A DNA stretch of 64,000 nt. Source: a virus (taxonomy: Duplodnaviria; Caudoviricetes). The position numbers and the translations under genes were made by a program. Under the pieces are notes generated by a model. The model was given only the letters and a program-made list of their open reading frames with translations, did not search any database and was not told where the DNA came from. This document shows positions 18,836 to 29,363 of the stretch, piece by piece; position 1 is the stretch's first letter, and each line of letters begins with the position of its first letter. The stretch lies in the IMG/VR virus record IMGVR_UViG_3300038608_000011, positions 13,678 to 77,677 of that record, one strand, 5' to 3'.

Positions 18836-19699
18836 TTAATTCCCTATTGCAATCCAGTAAGCACTGCTGGCAGCTGAAGCAACAATCCTGAAGGTGGATG
18901 TTGTAAAATTTTGTGTACCAACAGCAGTCGTATGGAGTCCAGTGGCACTATCAAATGCAATATCGGCCACCACTACAGAAAAAATATTATTTGGAAATGT
19001 GATGGGTAAGCTAACCAAAGTACCACTACCTGTACCGGATGCTGAAGTACCCCACTGTATAATTAACCCACCTGGAAGTTTTTGATAACCATTGGCAGCA
19101 AAACTTTGGTTTGAACCACCGAAGGCATCGGCCAAGCGTAGTGGAGTGATAATTGTGGTATTTGATGCAAGGGCTTGCGCTTGTGCGGTAGACGCTACTG
19201 TAGTTTTAGCATCCACTTCTGTTTTATTATGAACATCAGCGATAGCATATACACTAAGATTTGTACGTGCTGTTGCGGCATTAGTAAGATCAGATAGATT
19301 AGATGCTTTGGCTAGATAATTAGCGTCCGACTGTGTTTTGGTGTAGAAATCACCAGCATTCGCAAACGCAATTTCCCAGTGAGTACCTACCGTAGTGGTG
19401 GGGTTTTGGTTTGTATTAGTAGTAAGAGTACGATAAATAGTACCATTACTGCCCATTACAATAGACTTAGCACCACTTACAGCGTATTGATATTCTGTAA
19501 CTGAATCCCATAGGGGAATACCATGTTGGTTTGCGTGAGCTATGTACTGATCTTGTTTACCATCAATCTGATTGAAGTATTGACGTGGCGGAATCTCAAC
19601 TAGCCAACCTTGACTATATTTTGTATCCCCGGGGTAAATCTTATCCCCACCAGCGGCCCATACGTTATTTACGTTACTGGGTTTTGTAAATGCTACCAT
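18836..19699 (-). CDS. tail fibre protein
   Basis: PPRQYFN N-terminus, NLSDLTNAATARTNL, NGYQKLPGGLIIQWG tip domain. Confidence 0.88.
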   Translation of the reverse strand: MVAFTKPSNVNNVWAAGGDKIYPGDTKYSQGWLVEIPPRQYFNQIDGKQDQYIAHANQHGIPLWDSVTEYQYAVSGAKSIVMGSNGTIYRTLTTNTNQNPTTTVGTHWEIAFANAGDFYTKTQSDANYLAKASNLSDLTNAATARTNLSVYAIADVHNKTEVDAKTTVASTAQAQALASNTTIITPLRLADAFGGSNQSFAANGYQKLPGGLIIQWGTSASGTGSGTLVSLPITFPNNIFSVVVADIAFDSATGLHTTAVGTQNFTTSTFRIVASAASSAYWIAIGN

Positions 19700-19712
19700 T
19701 TAAATTGTTTCC

Positions 19713-20507
19713 TTAGTAAAGAGTTGCAAAGAATCCACCAGCAACAAGAGAATAATCGCTATCACCATAACCAACCCCGTAACCAAGGCCATATCCGAAA
19801 GTGCCATTGAATTCACCGAAGCCATCAGCACCAGGAGCACCCTGAAAACCAAAATAATTTCCAGCTACAAACTCACCATAATTAGCCCTTACTCCTACAG
19901 TCTTAGGGATAAGTCTTGAAGGAAAACCTTGTGATGTTGATACATAAGTTAGAAGAACTTTTTCAAAGTTTGTTAATGGTCTGCCAAACAGCAGGGTGAA
20001 TGCAGCCTCACCATCTGCGATTAAAGCAGAAGAAGTTGTCCCGAAGATTAGATTTATTACAGCGAGAAATTCTTCTGGAGTAGAGGCTGTAGTGTTTTTG
20101 AATATTTTTGCTTTGATAAACTTACGATAAGTAGCATCATCAAGTAAGATGTTTCCACCGAGAGGATTACCAAAACTATAAAACAAACCACCAACTGTAG
20201 TATCACCAACCTCTCCGAAAGATTGAGCATTCAATGCACTCTGCATACCGAAGTATTCATATAAGTCTGCTTGAATAAGTTCTCTTGGCTGGCCTACAAT
20301 CTCTCCAATATTATCTAATTGAACACCTTCTGCTGTATCAATGCTTCTTAACTGCATTAGTTGCTTTAGTGTTTCTTGAACCTCAGCTTGTCCAAAAACT
20401 AGGAGTTGGAGGTAACGATCAAATATATCTTTACCAACAAACTGTTGAGTTACTCGATCCCTAGCCTCTGTGAGATAATCCGTTATTTGAAAAGGATTAG
20501 TTGCCAT
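19713..20507 (-). CDS. baseplate wedge protein (DUF2612-like)
   Basis: IDTAEGVQLDNIGEIVG...LDDATYRKFIKAKI. Confidence 0.85.
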   Translation of the reverse strand: MATNPFQITDYLTEARDRVTQQFVGKDIFDRYLQLLVFGQAEVQETLKQLMQLRSIDTAEGVQLDNIGEIVGQPRELIQADLYEYFGMQSALNAQSFGEVGDTTVGGLFYSFGNPLGGNILLDDATYRKFIKAKIFKNTTASTPEEFLAVINLIFGTTSSALIADGEAAFTLLFGRPLTNFEKVLLTYVSTSQGFPSRLIPKTVGVRANYGEFVAGNYFGFQGAPGADGFGEFNGTFGYGLGYGVGYGDSDYSLVAGGFFATLY

Positions 20508-20517
20508 AATACCCTCC

Positions 20518-21963
20518 TTAAACGGTTATAATAATATTCGCAGAGCTTAGGCTTGCAATTTGATCAAAATTAATGACAATATTTGAAGTTCCAACAGGAG
20601 AAGGAGAGGTTCCAATTGTAAGACTGTTTACTTGATGACCAGGAATAGAGTTGATAGGGGTATATAATCGACTGTAAATAACATCGTCCCCAATACCAAA
20701 ATTAGCTTTAAAATAATCAATCAAAGCTGTTTTAATCTTAGTTTGACCATCCTGTGGAAAGTTAGCATCTGTAGTTAAAGTCATACTGATATAGATAGTT
20801 ACGGCAGTTGGGATCTTGTACCCTATAGGATGAGGAAAGCCTTGACTGTCTGTAATATTTACAACAGTAGTTCCTTGACTTCTAATACCTAGAGGCTTAT
20901 TTTCCCATATAGTTTCTGCAATGTTTGTACTGATTCCACCAAGGACAATAGGCATAAAGCTATGAGGTAGCACACCGTTGCTGTCTGTTACATCAGTGTC
21001 ATTCTCATAGATCACCACTTCCTCTGTACCGTCTAGATTGATCAGTGCAGAGTGCAAAGCCTCAAGAATATTAGAAGCTCTTTCAAATTTAGCATTCCTG
21101 AACCGAACGCGGAGTTCTTCATCAGTTTCTTTGTTCCTGCCAGTTGTGGCTGAAAGAGGGTTTGTTATACTATCCCAACCAAGAATTGGTGTGGCAATTG
21201 TAGTGATTGTATTAGCCGCCTGAGCAATGGGACCAGTCTTCTGTGCAAGCACTTGTCCAATCTTCTTGCACTTAGTAATACCAAGATTGGGCGTTGTTGA
21301 AAAAGTGACAGCTTGGAATACATCAACACGATCAACAACTAAAGTTGTACCAACTACGCTGGAAGATAGTGTGGGGTGGCTTGCTACAATTGCAGCTTGT
21401 AATCCTGCAAGAATCTCAGCAGCGGTTGCAGTAGCATCTGAAGTGAAACTTATGTTTAATGTTGTTGTACTTGTTGCATAAGTTATCGTGTATAGGGTAC
21501 TGTTAACCACTGTAGTAACAGTGAAGGTAGCACCAGAAGCTTGGGAAGGTGATAAAGCTACAGGAGCAACCACATTAAACTTCTCACTAGTAGTAGGCGA
21601 GCTTACTATACTGTTCTGAGTAACTAATACACCGTTGTCACCAGCAAATAAAACCTGAGCATTGGTTGCAGTAGCAGCAAATCGAGTAATACCCCCAATA
21701 GCGACGATGTTGTCTAAGGGAATACCTACTGCACTATTTGGATCAAAGGCTGAGTAATCTTCTTGTACTGCTTCCCAGAGGTCTGTTAAACTTGGGGCAG
21801 CTAGAGCCGTTAATCTCCCCAATGTAGAGCTATCAGAAGTATCTACAACCTCACCTGGAACTACAAGGTCGGAAAACAGTTCTACAGCTTTAGCTCTTAA
21901 ATTTACTAATACTTCATCTAGGCGGCGAATCACCAACCCTTCGGGTGTAATACCTGCCATCAA
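20518..21963 (-). CDS. baseplate J-like wedge protein
   Basis: GRNKETDEELRVR, VVIYENDT, PHSF motifs. Confidence 0.9.
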   Translation of the reverse strand: MMAGITPEGLVIRRLDEVLVNLRAKAVELFSDLVVPGEVVDTSDSSTLGRLTALAAPSLTDLWEAVQEDYSAFDPNSAVGIPLDNIVAIGGITRFAATATNAQVLFAGDNGVLVTQNSIVSSPTTSEKFNVVAPVALSPSQASGATFTVTTVVNSTLYTITYATSTTTLNISFTSDATATAAEILAGLQAAIVASHPTLSSSVVGTTLVVDRVDVFQAVTFSTTPNLGITKCKKIGQVLAQKTGPIAQAANTITTIATPILGWDSITNPLSATTGRNKETDEELRVRFRNAKFERASNILEALHSALINLDGTEEVVIYENDTDVTDSNGVLPHSFMPIVLGGISTNIAETIWENKPLGIRSQGTTVVNITDSQGFPHPIGYKIPTAVTIYISMTLTTDANFPQDGQTKIKTALIDYFKANFGIGDDVIYSRLYTPINSIPGHQVNSLTIGTSPSPVGTSNIVINFDQIASLSSANIIITV

Positions 21964-21976
21964 TAGCTCCTAATGA

Positions 21977-22339
21977 TCACACGTTTGGCGTGATTGTAAT
22001 TAACTGTGTCTCATCTCCTGTTGTGACTCTCACACGGAAACTGACACTATAAATCCTATTTGCAAATGTAGAGCTATAGAAAGTGATTTCTTTTACACCT
22101 TGCTCTTCAAGAATAGCTGTTTGAAAGATTAAATCTAAATCTTCTTTGCGTGCTTTGTGGCCTAATATTCTTTGCCAATAAGGGATGCCGTAAAGAGTGT
22201 TAATGAACCATTCACCTAAGAAAGAACGAAGTTTGATACCAAGTCTTTGGGAAACAACATCAACACGATCCCCCGTTACTGGTGTTTTACCATTAATCCA
22301 AATACAGTCATGTGTGTCTTTTGATAAGAGTATGTCCAC
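21977..22339 (-). CDS. baseplate wedge subunit
   Basis: QRLGIKLRSFLGEWFINTLYGIPY. Confidence 0.8.
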   Translation of the reverse strand: MDILLSKDTHDCIWINGKTPVTGDRVDVVSQRLGIKLRSFLGEWFINTLYGIPYWQRILGHKARKEDLDLIFQTAILEEQGVKEITFYSSTFANRIYSVSFRVRVTTGDETQLITITPNV

Positions 22340-22351
22340 TGTATTTCTCCG

Positions 22352-23137
22352 TCAGGGATTGGATGGGCCTGGCCCAGGTATATGGTCGTGTGTTCCGAAG
22401 ATAATTCCATTAAAAGTCACCGTACCAGTAGAAGTATAACTACCAGTCTGAATTATATTACCCATGAGAGTTATGTTACCTATCCACGTAGTCTCGGGCA
22501 CTTCAACTGTCATTGTTTCTGCTGTTATATCTACATGGCTTGTATCCACAATAACACTCGTATTGGCAGTTACAACCGCGTTATTACAGTTAATATCAAC
22601 ATCTCTCTGAGTATTTATAATTAGGTCACCAGTAGGCTTCATTCTAATCTCTACTTCAGATGGACCACCTATATTGTGAACAACAACAGCATCTTTGGTA
22701 TCGTGGGGCCAGAGTCTTTTAGCTGGATTATTCACAGCAGAACTCATAGGCTGGAGACCAGGGATAAAGACAGCATCGCTTTTATCCATTTTAGCGAAAT
22801 TCATTGGTGAGGCTGATCCACCATTACCGCTTTTCCAAGCATCTATGTTTCTCATAGAGAACACAGCAAGTCCTGTATCTCCTACATTTATAGGGAATGT
22901 AAAACCTGACGTCTTAGACACAGGGAAGACTACTGGAACCCCGAGGATCACAGCTCTTTCTTTAATTGTCCCATCTTTCAACTTTTGGTTGATTGTGGGT
23001 TGAATATCAACCATCTGTGTGTTTAAATTATCTCTAATGGCAACAACAATACACGGAAGAGCTGTATATACATTATTCATTTGGCTTTGGAAGGCTGCAA
23101 TTAAACCTTCCTGTGGTCCGCCTGCTCTATTACTCAT
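22352..23137 (-). CDS. baseplate central spike (Gp138-like)
   Basis: OB-fold N-terminus, beta-helix, C-terminal HDH metal motif. Confidence 0.88.
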   Translation of the reverse strand: MSNRAGGPQEGLIAAFQSQMNNVYTALPCIVVAIRDNLNTQMVDIQPTINQKLKDGTIKERAVILGVPVVFPVSKTSGFTFPINVGDTGLAVFSMRNIDAWKSGNGGSASPMNFAKMDKSDAVFIPGLQPMSSAVNNPAKRLWPHDTKDAVVVHNIGGPSEVEIRMKPTGDLIINTQRDVDINCNNAVVTANTSVIVDTSHVDITAETMTVEVPETTWIGNITLMGNIIQTGSYTSTGTVTFNGIIFGTHDHIPGPGPSNP

Positions 23138-24024
23138 GCTTTATTCACCTTCTCTATTGCTGTACAACGAAGTTCCGTATACCAATTTGATCCTCGGAAA
23201 TCTCCCGAGTGCCGTAGATCACTCACTTTATACCAGCCAGAAATAAAGGTATCTTCAAGTTTGACAATATCGCCAGCTTGAATGTCAGGATTAAGAAGGA
23301 TTTTCATTTGAACGCCTTGTTTCTTTGCTTTGTCTTTCTTACTACGCCGTCTATCACCAGTGACGCGGTAGGCGTTTTCAATTAAGCCTGTGTATTTAGA
23401 AAGAACATAAGCTTCTTCAAAGTTTTCCCTGTTACCTCTATCATTATCATGTATATAGAGGACGTTATCTTCTAGCTGCCATTCAAGTGCGTGCTTATCA
23501 CAGAACTCATCGAGCATTTCTTTAGGGGTTCCTGTCATGGGATACCCGTATAACAATGTACTATTCATGTTAGTGCCACTAAACACACCACGATCTGCAC
23601 CAATAGCTTTGACGAACGACTGTGCAGCTTCTTTTAGATTACTTCCAGGGGGAACTAATTCACTCATTAGCTCGTGATTCAAATTAGTATAACCGCTACC
23701 CATTGTAATCTGTGTTACTCTATCAGTGCCTGATTTTCTTGTTGTGACATTGTTAACTTGTCCACTGAACAAAAGTTTCATTCCTATGCCAACATATCCG
23801 GCAGAGAAATAGGCAGCAGGGTAATCAGTGTCTAACACTTTAAGGCTTTCGTCTGACAGGTTGTAGATTTCTATTGCTGCGCTATTTGTTTTGTTTTTGT
23901 TATCACTGGTTTTGCTTATATCAAAAGTTACTTGTAAACTGTTATTTATTAAAAGGCCATCACCAGACTGAGCATCACCAATTCTCAATTCATACTGTCG
24001 ATTTATTTGTAGTGGCTCAGTCAT
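23134..24024 (-). CDS. baseplate hub protein
   Basis: NSAAIEIYNLS, LLNPDIQAG, position in baseplate block. Confidence 0.8.
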   Translation of the reverse strand: MTEPLQINRQYELRIGDAQSGDGLLINNSLQVTFDISKTSDNKNKTNSAAIEIYNLSDESLKVLDTDYPAAYFSAGYVGIGMKLLFSGQVNNVTTRKSGTDRVTQITMGSGYTNLNHELMSELVPPGSNLKEAAQSFVKAIGADRGVFSGTNMNSTLLYGYPMTGTPKEMLDEFCDKHALEWQLEDNVLYIHDNDRGNRENFEEAYVLSKYTGLIENAYRVTGDRRRSKKDKAKKQGVQMKILLNPDIQAGDIVKLEDTFISGWYKVSDLRHSGDFRGSNWYTELRCTAIEKVNKA

Positions 24025-24033
24025 AGGTAATCC

Positions 24034-24369
24034 TTAATCCTCTGTTTGAAATAAGTAAAAGAGATTGTAATATTCATTGATTTTGTCTGGAAACTTTTTA
24101 TAAGGCTCCCCAGCTATGGTTGCTTTTTCCTGCAACCAAAAATATCCAGTTAAATCAGTAATAGCATAATCAATGAATATTGGATAACTTGGAACAAGGG
24201 CTTCACCAAGAACAATAGGAACTCTCTCTGCTGTCAGAAGGTTCATAAAGTAAAGCTTTGCTCTTTCATTGAACACAAACTGTAAAATATAAGAGTTGCC
24301 TTCAAGAGATACGGAGTATTCATAAAAAGCTTCATCAGATAAGACAAGAGAAACGTATTTTTCAGCCAT
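24034..24369 (-). CDS. baseplate/virion structural protein
   Basis: YSVSLEGNSYILQFVFN; position; start at MAEKY. Confidence 0.7.
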   Translation of the reverse strand: MAEKYVSLVLSDEAFYEYSVSLEGNSYILQFVFNERAKLYFMNLLTAERVPIVLGEALVPSYPIFIDYAITDLTGYFWLQEKATIAGEPYKKFPDKINEYYNLFYLFQTED

Positions 24370-24370
24370 A

Positions 24371-25177
24371 TTAGGTACTCGCTGCCTGTCTTTTTGGGTC
24401 AACGTCAGTGGCAGCTTTGTTAGGTGCTGTCTCCCCTTTTGGAGGATTACTAGCGTCTTTCACTGTACTGTCTGCTTTACTTAGTGTCTTTTTAGAAGAT
24501 GCTTTCTTACTCAAACCGCTCACTGTTTTTGGTATAGCTACTTTCTTGAGTGTGACGAAACTAACTTGTTCAAAAGACATATTACAATAAAGAGCATCAC
24601 CAGTTTCCGGTTTCTCATCAAAAGTTATATTTGTCAGAACAAGATTGTTTAATATGCGGACTAGGGAAGTTTGTTCAAACTCATACAAAGCAACAATCTG
24701 AACATTACTATCAAACTGCTGGGTCTTCTCATTAAACTTAACGCCAGACATAAGATTTATCAAAAGATTTCTAACTTGACCTAGAGAATTTTCTCTAGAA
24801 GCATCCATTGTAATTTCTGGTGCCGAGTCAGGGAAGAATTGACCAATACTGGTTGGGATAAATTTACTCAGAACACTATTATTAGTAGACTCAACAGAAA
24901 CAGCATTCGGGGCTGTTTTTACATTGAATGGGATATTATCATCCAAATCTCTAATGATATAGCTGCTGATAGAAATATCAGCAGCTGTAATCACTGCCTG
25001 GATAGTGAATTTACTGTTATCTTTCACAAAATGATCAGTGATTACGCCACCAGTATCTATAGGGTGCTTTGTAACTTGCCCCACATAGTTTTGAGTGTAC
25101 GATGTCACAGCATCAAAATAGATCAATCCTTGCTCTTCATCTTCGGGAGTAGTTCCCCAAGCTATTGCCAGTGTCAT
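24371..25177 (-). CDS. Dit-like tail tube initiator
   Basis: VTKHPIDTG..ITDH motif, follows tape measure. Confidence 0.75.
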   Translation of the reverse strand: MTLAIAWGTTPEDEEQGLIYFDAVTSYTQNYVGQVTKHPIDTGGVITDHFVKDNSKFTIQAVITAADISISSYIIRDLDDNIPFNVKTAPNAVSVESTNNSVLSKFIPTSIGQFFPDSAPEITMDASRENSLGQVRNLLINLMSGVKFNEKTQQFDSNVQIVALYEFEQTSLVRILNNLVLTNITFDEKPETGDALYCNMSFEQVSFVTLKKVAIPKTVSGLSKKASSKKTLSKADSTVKDASNPPKGETAPNKAATDVDPKRQAAST

Positions 25178-25179
25178 AC

Positions 25180-27156
25180 CTACTCCTTAACAGGGAATTG
25201 AAGCATAGCTCTTTCCCATATTTCTTGTGTTTTAGCTTCAATAGCAGCACCAAAATCTTCTGGTTCAGCAGATGCAACATTCACTGTCATCTCCACTTTA
25301 ACATCAGGCACCCTTGGTTGTTCTCTGTTAGCTATCGGGTAAGGAGAGACAAGAGGAAAGTTATCACGTCTTAAGTCTGCAAGAGCTTGTGCTTGCGTTC
25401 CCCTTACTTGACTTTCAAACTCAGCAGGATTACTAAGACTTTTGGTTGTTCTGTCATATAAAGAAGATAACCGTCCACCCGATACCGTGTCTACAGCACC
25501 ATACATGGGGAGCATACCGAGCCCAGCTTTACCAGCAGAGGCAAGCGTGCCTTGAACTTGTTCTCCAACCTTAGAGTAATCTCCCTTGGCGAGAGAATTA
25601 AACACACCGGCGGCATTTGAGATTGTATTTAAAGCATTGGTCAACTTAGTTAAACTTTCTGACTTGTCCATTAAACCTATCAGTCGTGACCATCCATTAC
25701 CAATGTTGTCAACAAGAGTATTAATTTCAAACATTGAAGTCTTAAAAGCACCCAGGAATTCAAAAACTTTTTGTCTGTCTTCCTCTGATGGGAAAAGACT
25801 ATCTGCAACAAGACTATCTCTGCCCTCAAGCATCCTCATAAAGGATTGTGGGAAAAGAAGTAAATCGTCAGCAAATTTTGTAGCTTCGTTGAAGCCATTA
25901 GCTAAAGACTTAACCAAACCACCAGATTCATTTAACCCTTGATTTAGTGTACGGAAGATACGAGCAAAGCCCTCTTCTACTCCGGACTGACTAGCAACAA
26001 TAGCCATATCACTAACTACGTTTTGAAATCTTGCCTGTTCTGCTTGAGAGGCTTTACCCGCTGCCCCAAGGGATGGTTGTGCCCTTTCTGAAGCTAGTTG
26101 TCCAGCGAAGGTAAGAATATCGCTCTTCACTTGCCCCTTCTTCATAGCTTCCATTAGAGCAGATGTTGCCTCTTTACCTGTTAGCTTACCGCCAATTTGT
26201 CTTTGGTAGGCCTGGGCAAACAAGGCTGTACCTCCAGGCAAGGCTTCTGCTATCTGGCCTGTAAGTTCTTCTGCCTGTAATTTACCTTTACCTGCTACCT
26301 GACTCAATGCTCTGAACAATCTGTTCTGAGTGGTCTTATCAAGCTTGTTTACACGGGCAAGTTCAGCAAACCCGGTAAATACTTTCTGACTTTCTTCTAA
26401 CCCAACACCAGCACCTGTAAGGCCAGCTAGTAATTTGTTGTAATCAGGAGCAGCTTCTAAATAATTAAATCCAACTCTATTTGCTTGTTGTCTAAGGTAT
26501 TCAAAAGAACCTTTACCTTGTTCAACCGTACCGCCTGCTTGTTGCACAACCGCTTGGGTTTGTAGCTGGGCACTAACCACCTGTTGGTTTCGTTGGTTTA
26601 GTTGAGAGAGGCCATAACCACCAGCAGCAAGAGCTAACGCTGGAGCATACGCCCTAGCTAAACCACCGCCGAGGGCACCACCTATCCCACCACCAAGAGC
26701 AGCAGATTGTCTAGTACTCCCACCACCCCTCCCCATTCGCATAGTTGCTAATTGGAGTCTTTCAGCTTGTCTAGCTTCAGCTTCTTGTCTGCGAAGTCTT
26801 GAGGATGTTAATGTTCTTCTATTCCACTCTTCGGGGGATAGCTGTTGTCGCCCTCCAAAACCTCCACCAACAGAACCCCCCATACCAGCAACAGCTCTAT
26901 TTAAAGCCCCTCTGTTCACAACAAAATTACTAATCTCAAAGGTCACTCTTCGACTGGCAGCATCTAAGGCATTACCTAAAGATGTCTCTAACTTCTTCTG
27001 ATTAACAGAAAAGTTGTTAATTTCAAAAGTGAGTTTCTTATCAGAGAAAGATTTGAACTTCTTTTCAAGGGCTTTAAGGTGGGAATCAAGTTGGCGTTGC
27101 TCGCGTTTATCAAATCTGAACGCAACAGATACCGTATACTTTGCAATATCTACCAA
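25180..27156 (-). CDS. tape measure protein
   Basis: ALSQVAGKGKLQAEELTGQIAEALPG tape-measure motif; Ala/Gly-rich helical. Confidence 0.93.
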   Translation of the reverse strand: MVDIAKYTVSVAFRFDKREQRQLDSHLKALEKKFKSFSDKKLTFEINNFSVNQKKLETSLGNALDAASRRVTFEISNFVVNRGALNRAVAGMGGSVGGGFGGRQQLSPEEWNRRTLTSSRLRRQEAEARQAERLQLATMRMGRGGGSTRQSAALGGGIGGALGGGLARAYAPALALAAGGYGLSQLNQRNQQVVSAQLQTQAVVQQAGGTVEQGKGSFEYLRQQANRVGFNYLEAAPDYNKLLAGLTGAGVGLEESQKVFTGFAELARVNKLDKTTQNRLFRALSQVAGKGKLQAEELTGQIAEALPGGTALFAQAYQRQIGGKLTGKEATSALMEAMKKGQVKSDILTFAGQLASERAQPSLGAAGKASQAEQARFQNVVSDMAIVASQSGVEEGFARIFRTLNQGLNESGGLVKSLANGFNEATKFADDLLLFPQSFMRMLEGRDSLVADSLFPSEEDRQKVFEFLGAFKTSMFEINTLVDNIGNGWSRLIGLMDKSESLTKLTNALNTISNAAGVFNSLAKGDYSKVGEQVQGTLASAGKAGLGMLPMYGAVDTVSGGRLSSLYDRTTKSLSNPAEFESQVRGTQAQALADLRRDNFPLVSPYPIANREQPRVPDVKVEMTVNVASAEPEDFGAAIEAKTQEIWERAMLQFPVKE

Positions 27157-27167
27157 TATAAAGCCCT

Positions 27168-27386
27168 CTATTTTTTATTCTGTTCGGCTATTCTTCTGTC
27201 ATCAGCCATTTTACGGGCAGCATCGTATACATCACATATCTCTGCCATCTTATATAGGTCTTTGATTGTCAAATAGCGATCAAGCTCCCATAGTTGACAT
27301 TGCTTTGTTTCGTGTGTAACTACCTTATAAACAAGCCAATCTTGTGAAAACTCATCTTGAATCTGCTGCTCTTCCTTTGACATCAA
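27168..27386 (-). CDS. tail assembly chaperone, downstream (T-like) frame
   Basis: -1 frame open from 27436 and continuous with this ORF. Confidence 0.7.
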   Translation of the reverse strand: MMSKEEQQIQDEFSQDWLVYKVVTHETKQCQLWELDRYLTIKDLYKMAEICDVYDAARKMADDRRIAEQNKK

Positions 27387-27406
27387 TCGCGATTCAGGAA
27401 CACTCT

Positions 27407-27724
27407 TTAGTCCTCTGAATCGCTTTCCATAAAAACATCTTCAAAGTTGTACTTAAGAACAGCATCGAACAGCTTTTGTAGATGTCCAGTTTTACGAGAG
27501 AAGATAATATCAAAAGTCTTCTCAGTGATTTGCATATTATCTTTCTGAACGTATTTACAGACAATCTGTTTAATAACAGAAAGATCAATCTTACCTTCGT
27601 TAATATCGGTAAGATGTTTTTCCATAAACTTTAGTGCATCTGTCGCGCTCATTGCAGTGACGAAGTATGTTACATCGCCCACTACTAGTTCCTGTTGTGG
27701 AAGAGCTAGAATCTGTGTAGCCAT
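27407..27724 (-). CDS. tail assembly chaperone (G-like)
   Basis: Position between tube paralogs and tape measure; GTTTTT near 3' end. Confidence 0.8.
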   Translation of the reverse strand: MATQILALPQQELVVGDVTYFVTAMSATDALKFMEKHLTDINEGKIDLSVIKQIVCKYVQKDNMQITEKTFDIIFSRKTGHLQKLFDAVLKYNFEDVFMESDSED

Positions 27725-27762
27725 TTATGTGCCCTCGAAAATATAAGCCCACTTAAGGCTGG

Positions 27763-28251
27763 TTAAAATATGTTTGAAACAAAATCTTTAGCTCCGCTAA
27801 TAATAGAGCTAAATGGTGAATTACCTGGATTGGAATTACCACTAACAGAGTAGTTACCAGTAGATTGACAGAAGATTCGCCACTCTCTGTATTCAAAATC
27901 ACCAGAGAATACAACAGCAGGATAAGAGACAATCCAAGCTTCAGCACTATCAAACACGCTTTGACCTGTTGTATCTTTGAGAGTTAAAGACAGTCTTCCT
28001 GTCCCCCTAGATAAATCTTGATCGTGGATAGTTGAAAACACATCGTTAGATGGGGATGTTTGTATTATTCTGATTGTAATATTTGCAGAAGTGTCTAGGT
28101 TTCTTACTCTGGTGTTCTTACCGCGAATTCCTTTAATGGTTTGAAAACCATCTGTACCTCTGGCGATAGATATACTATCCCAACCTGTAACTATATAGCC
28201 ACCAACTGTAAATAATACATCTGTAGGGCTGTAGGAATATATGTTTGACAT
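27763..28251 (-). CDS. tail tube-like protein (paralog 3)
   Basis: YSPTDV N-terminus shared with tube paralogs. Confidence 0.75.
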   Translation of the reverse strand: MSNIYSYSPTDVLFTVGGYIVTGWDSISIARGTDGFQTIKGIRGKNTRVRNLDTSANITIRIIQTSPSNDVFSTIHDQDLSRGTGRLSLTLKDTTGQSVFDSAEAWIVSYPAVVFSGDFEYREWRIFCQSTGNYSVSGNSNPGNSPFSSIISGAKDFVSNIF

Positions 28252-28751
28252 TAGAATATCCCCCCAAGCCCAGGCAGGGCACCAATAGCAAGGTTGGTGA
28301 TGTCTTCAAGTAAACCACTTGGTTCACCATTGCCGCCAATGTTTATTACAGCCTGAGTGGCTTTGAATACCCAAGTTCTGGAGTCAATTCCAGTGCTTTT
28401 AACGATAGGGGGAATACCCTCGATCCATGCTGTTGCAGAAAAGAATAAATCACTACCACTATGGTCTTTAATCATAAGTGGTAATTTTCCCATGCCAGTA
28501 ATATCATCCAATTGCCAGAGCTTTGTTAAAACTTCATTGGAATCACTACCACTTGCTAGAGTGATTTCTACTGTATAGTTTTTATCGTTATTTTTAAGTC
28601 TTGTGATAGTTCCATCTGTTGTTCTTCTGGACGAATAACTTGGCATATCTTTTGTAACACTAACAAAAGTCCCATCTACAAACCCATCCATATGGATAAA
28701 GCCAGCCACAAGAACATTTACTACGTCTGGGTTATAATTAAAAACTCCCAT
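28251..28751 (-). CDS. tail tube-like protein (paralog 2)
   Basis: YNPDVV, GFVDGTFV, ITLASGSDSN. Confidence 0.75.
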   Translation of the reverse strand: MGVFNYNPDVVNVLVAGFIHMDGFVDGTFVSVTKDMPSYSSRRTTDGTITRLKNNDKNYTVEITLASGSDSNEVLTKLWQLDDITGMGKLPLMIKDHSGSDLFFSATAWIEGIPPIVKSTGIDSRTWVFKATQAVINIGGNGEPSGLLEDITNLAIGALPGLGGIF

Positions 28752-28763
28752 CTTAGCTCCTTA

Positions 28764-28800
28764 GAAAAGAGAGGGAGGGGGTTTATTCTCCTCCTCCCCC
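28764..28800 (-). terminator. probable terminator after tube gene
   Basis: G-rich/C-rich imperfect stem followed by ctcttttct. Confidence 0.5.
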
Positions 28801-28805
28801 ATTAG

Positions 28806-29330
28806 TTAGCTAAGAATCCAGCGAGGATCAACAGTACCACCAGTGGCTTGAATAGCTGCTACGTTAGCTGCATCCAGTTGCATGTTGCCGCCAATGAATA
28901 GATCACTACCAAACATATAGATACTCCATTCACGAGTTTCAGTAGTTGTACTGAAGGCAGCAGATGGGGGAGCTTGAATGATAGCAGAGGTTGAAGACGC
29001 AATAGTCTGACCGCTCAGGTCTTTCATAGTGCAGCTAAATACCCACTCATTACCGGGGGAGTTAGCATCAGCCAATTGCAGCTGTTGTAGGACACTATTA
29101 GAAGGGCTATACTGCGACAGAGTAATAGCCACGTTCATGGTGGTAATCTTGCGTTTTACACGACCTTGTGCGTTTTCTCCTGCGCCCTGATAAGGTTCGC
29201 TAGAAGGAACTAGGCGATCCATGCTAACAAATGTACCATCAGCAAAGCCTGTAATTTTATGAATGAAGTTACCCTTGGATAGGATGATAGTGAAATCATC
29301 CGGGGCGTAGTTACCGATTATATTAGCCAT
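28806..29330 (-). CDS. tail tube protein (DUF3277-like)
   Basis: YAPDDF, GFADGTFV, ITLSQYSPSN; directly after sheath. Confidence 0.85.
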   Translation of the reverse strand: MANIIGNYAPDDFTIILSKGNFIHKITGFADGTFVSMDRLVPSSEPYQGAGENAQGRVKRKITTMNVAITLSQYSPSNSVLQQLQLADANSPGNEWVFSCTMKDLSGQTIASSTSAIIQAPPSAAFSTTTETREWSIYMFGSDLFIGGNMQLDAANVAAIQATGGTVDPRWILS

Positions 29331-29363
29331 TTAAATTGTTTTTCCTTTAAAATCAAGTAGTTA

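Noticed and set aside
16246-19699. Tail-fibre diversification by DGR or invertase
   Set aside because: No reverse transcriptase, recombinase, template repeat or inverted crossover sites seen.
27763-29330. Three tail-tube paralogs as a novelty
   Set aside because: Tube-fold paralogs next to the sheath are a usual feature of this type of myovirus tail module.
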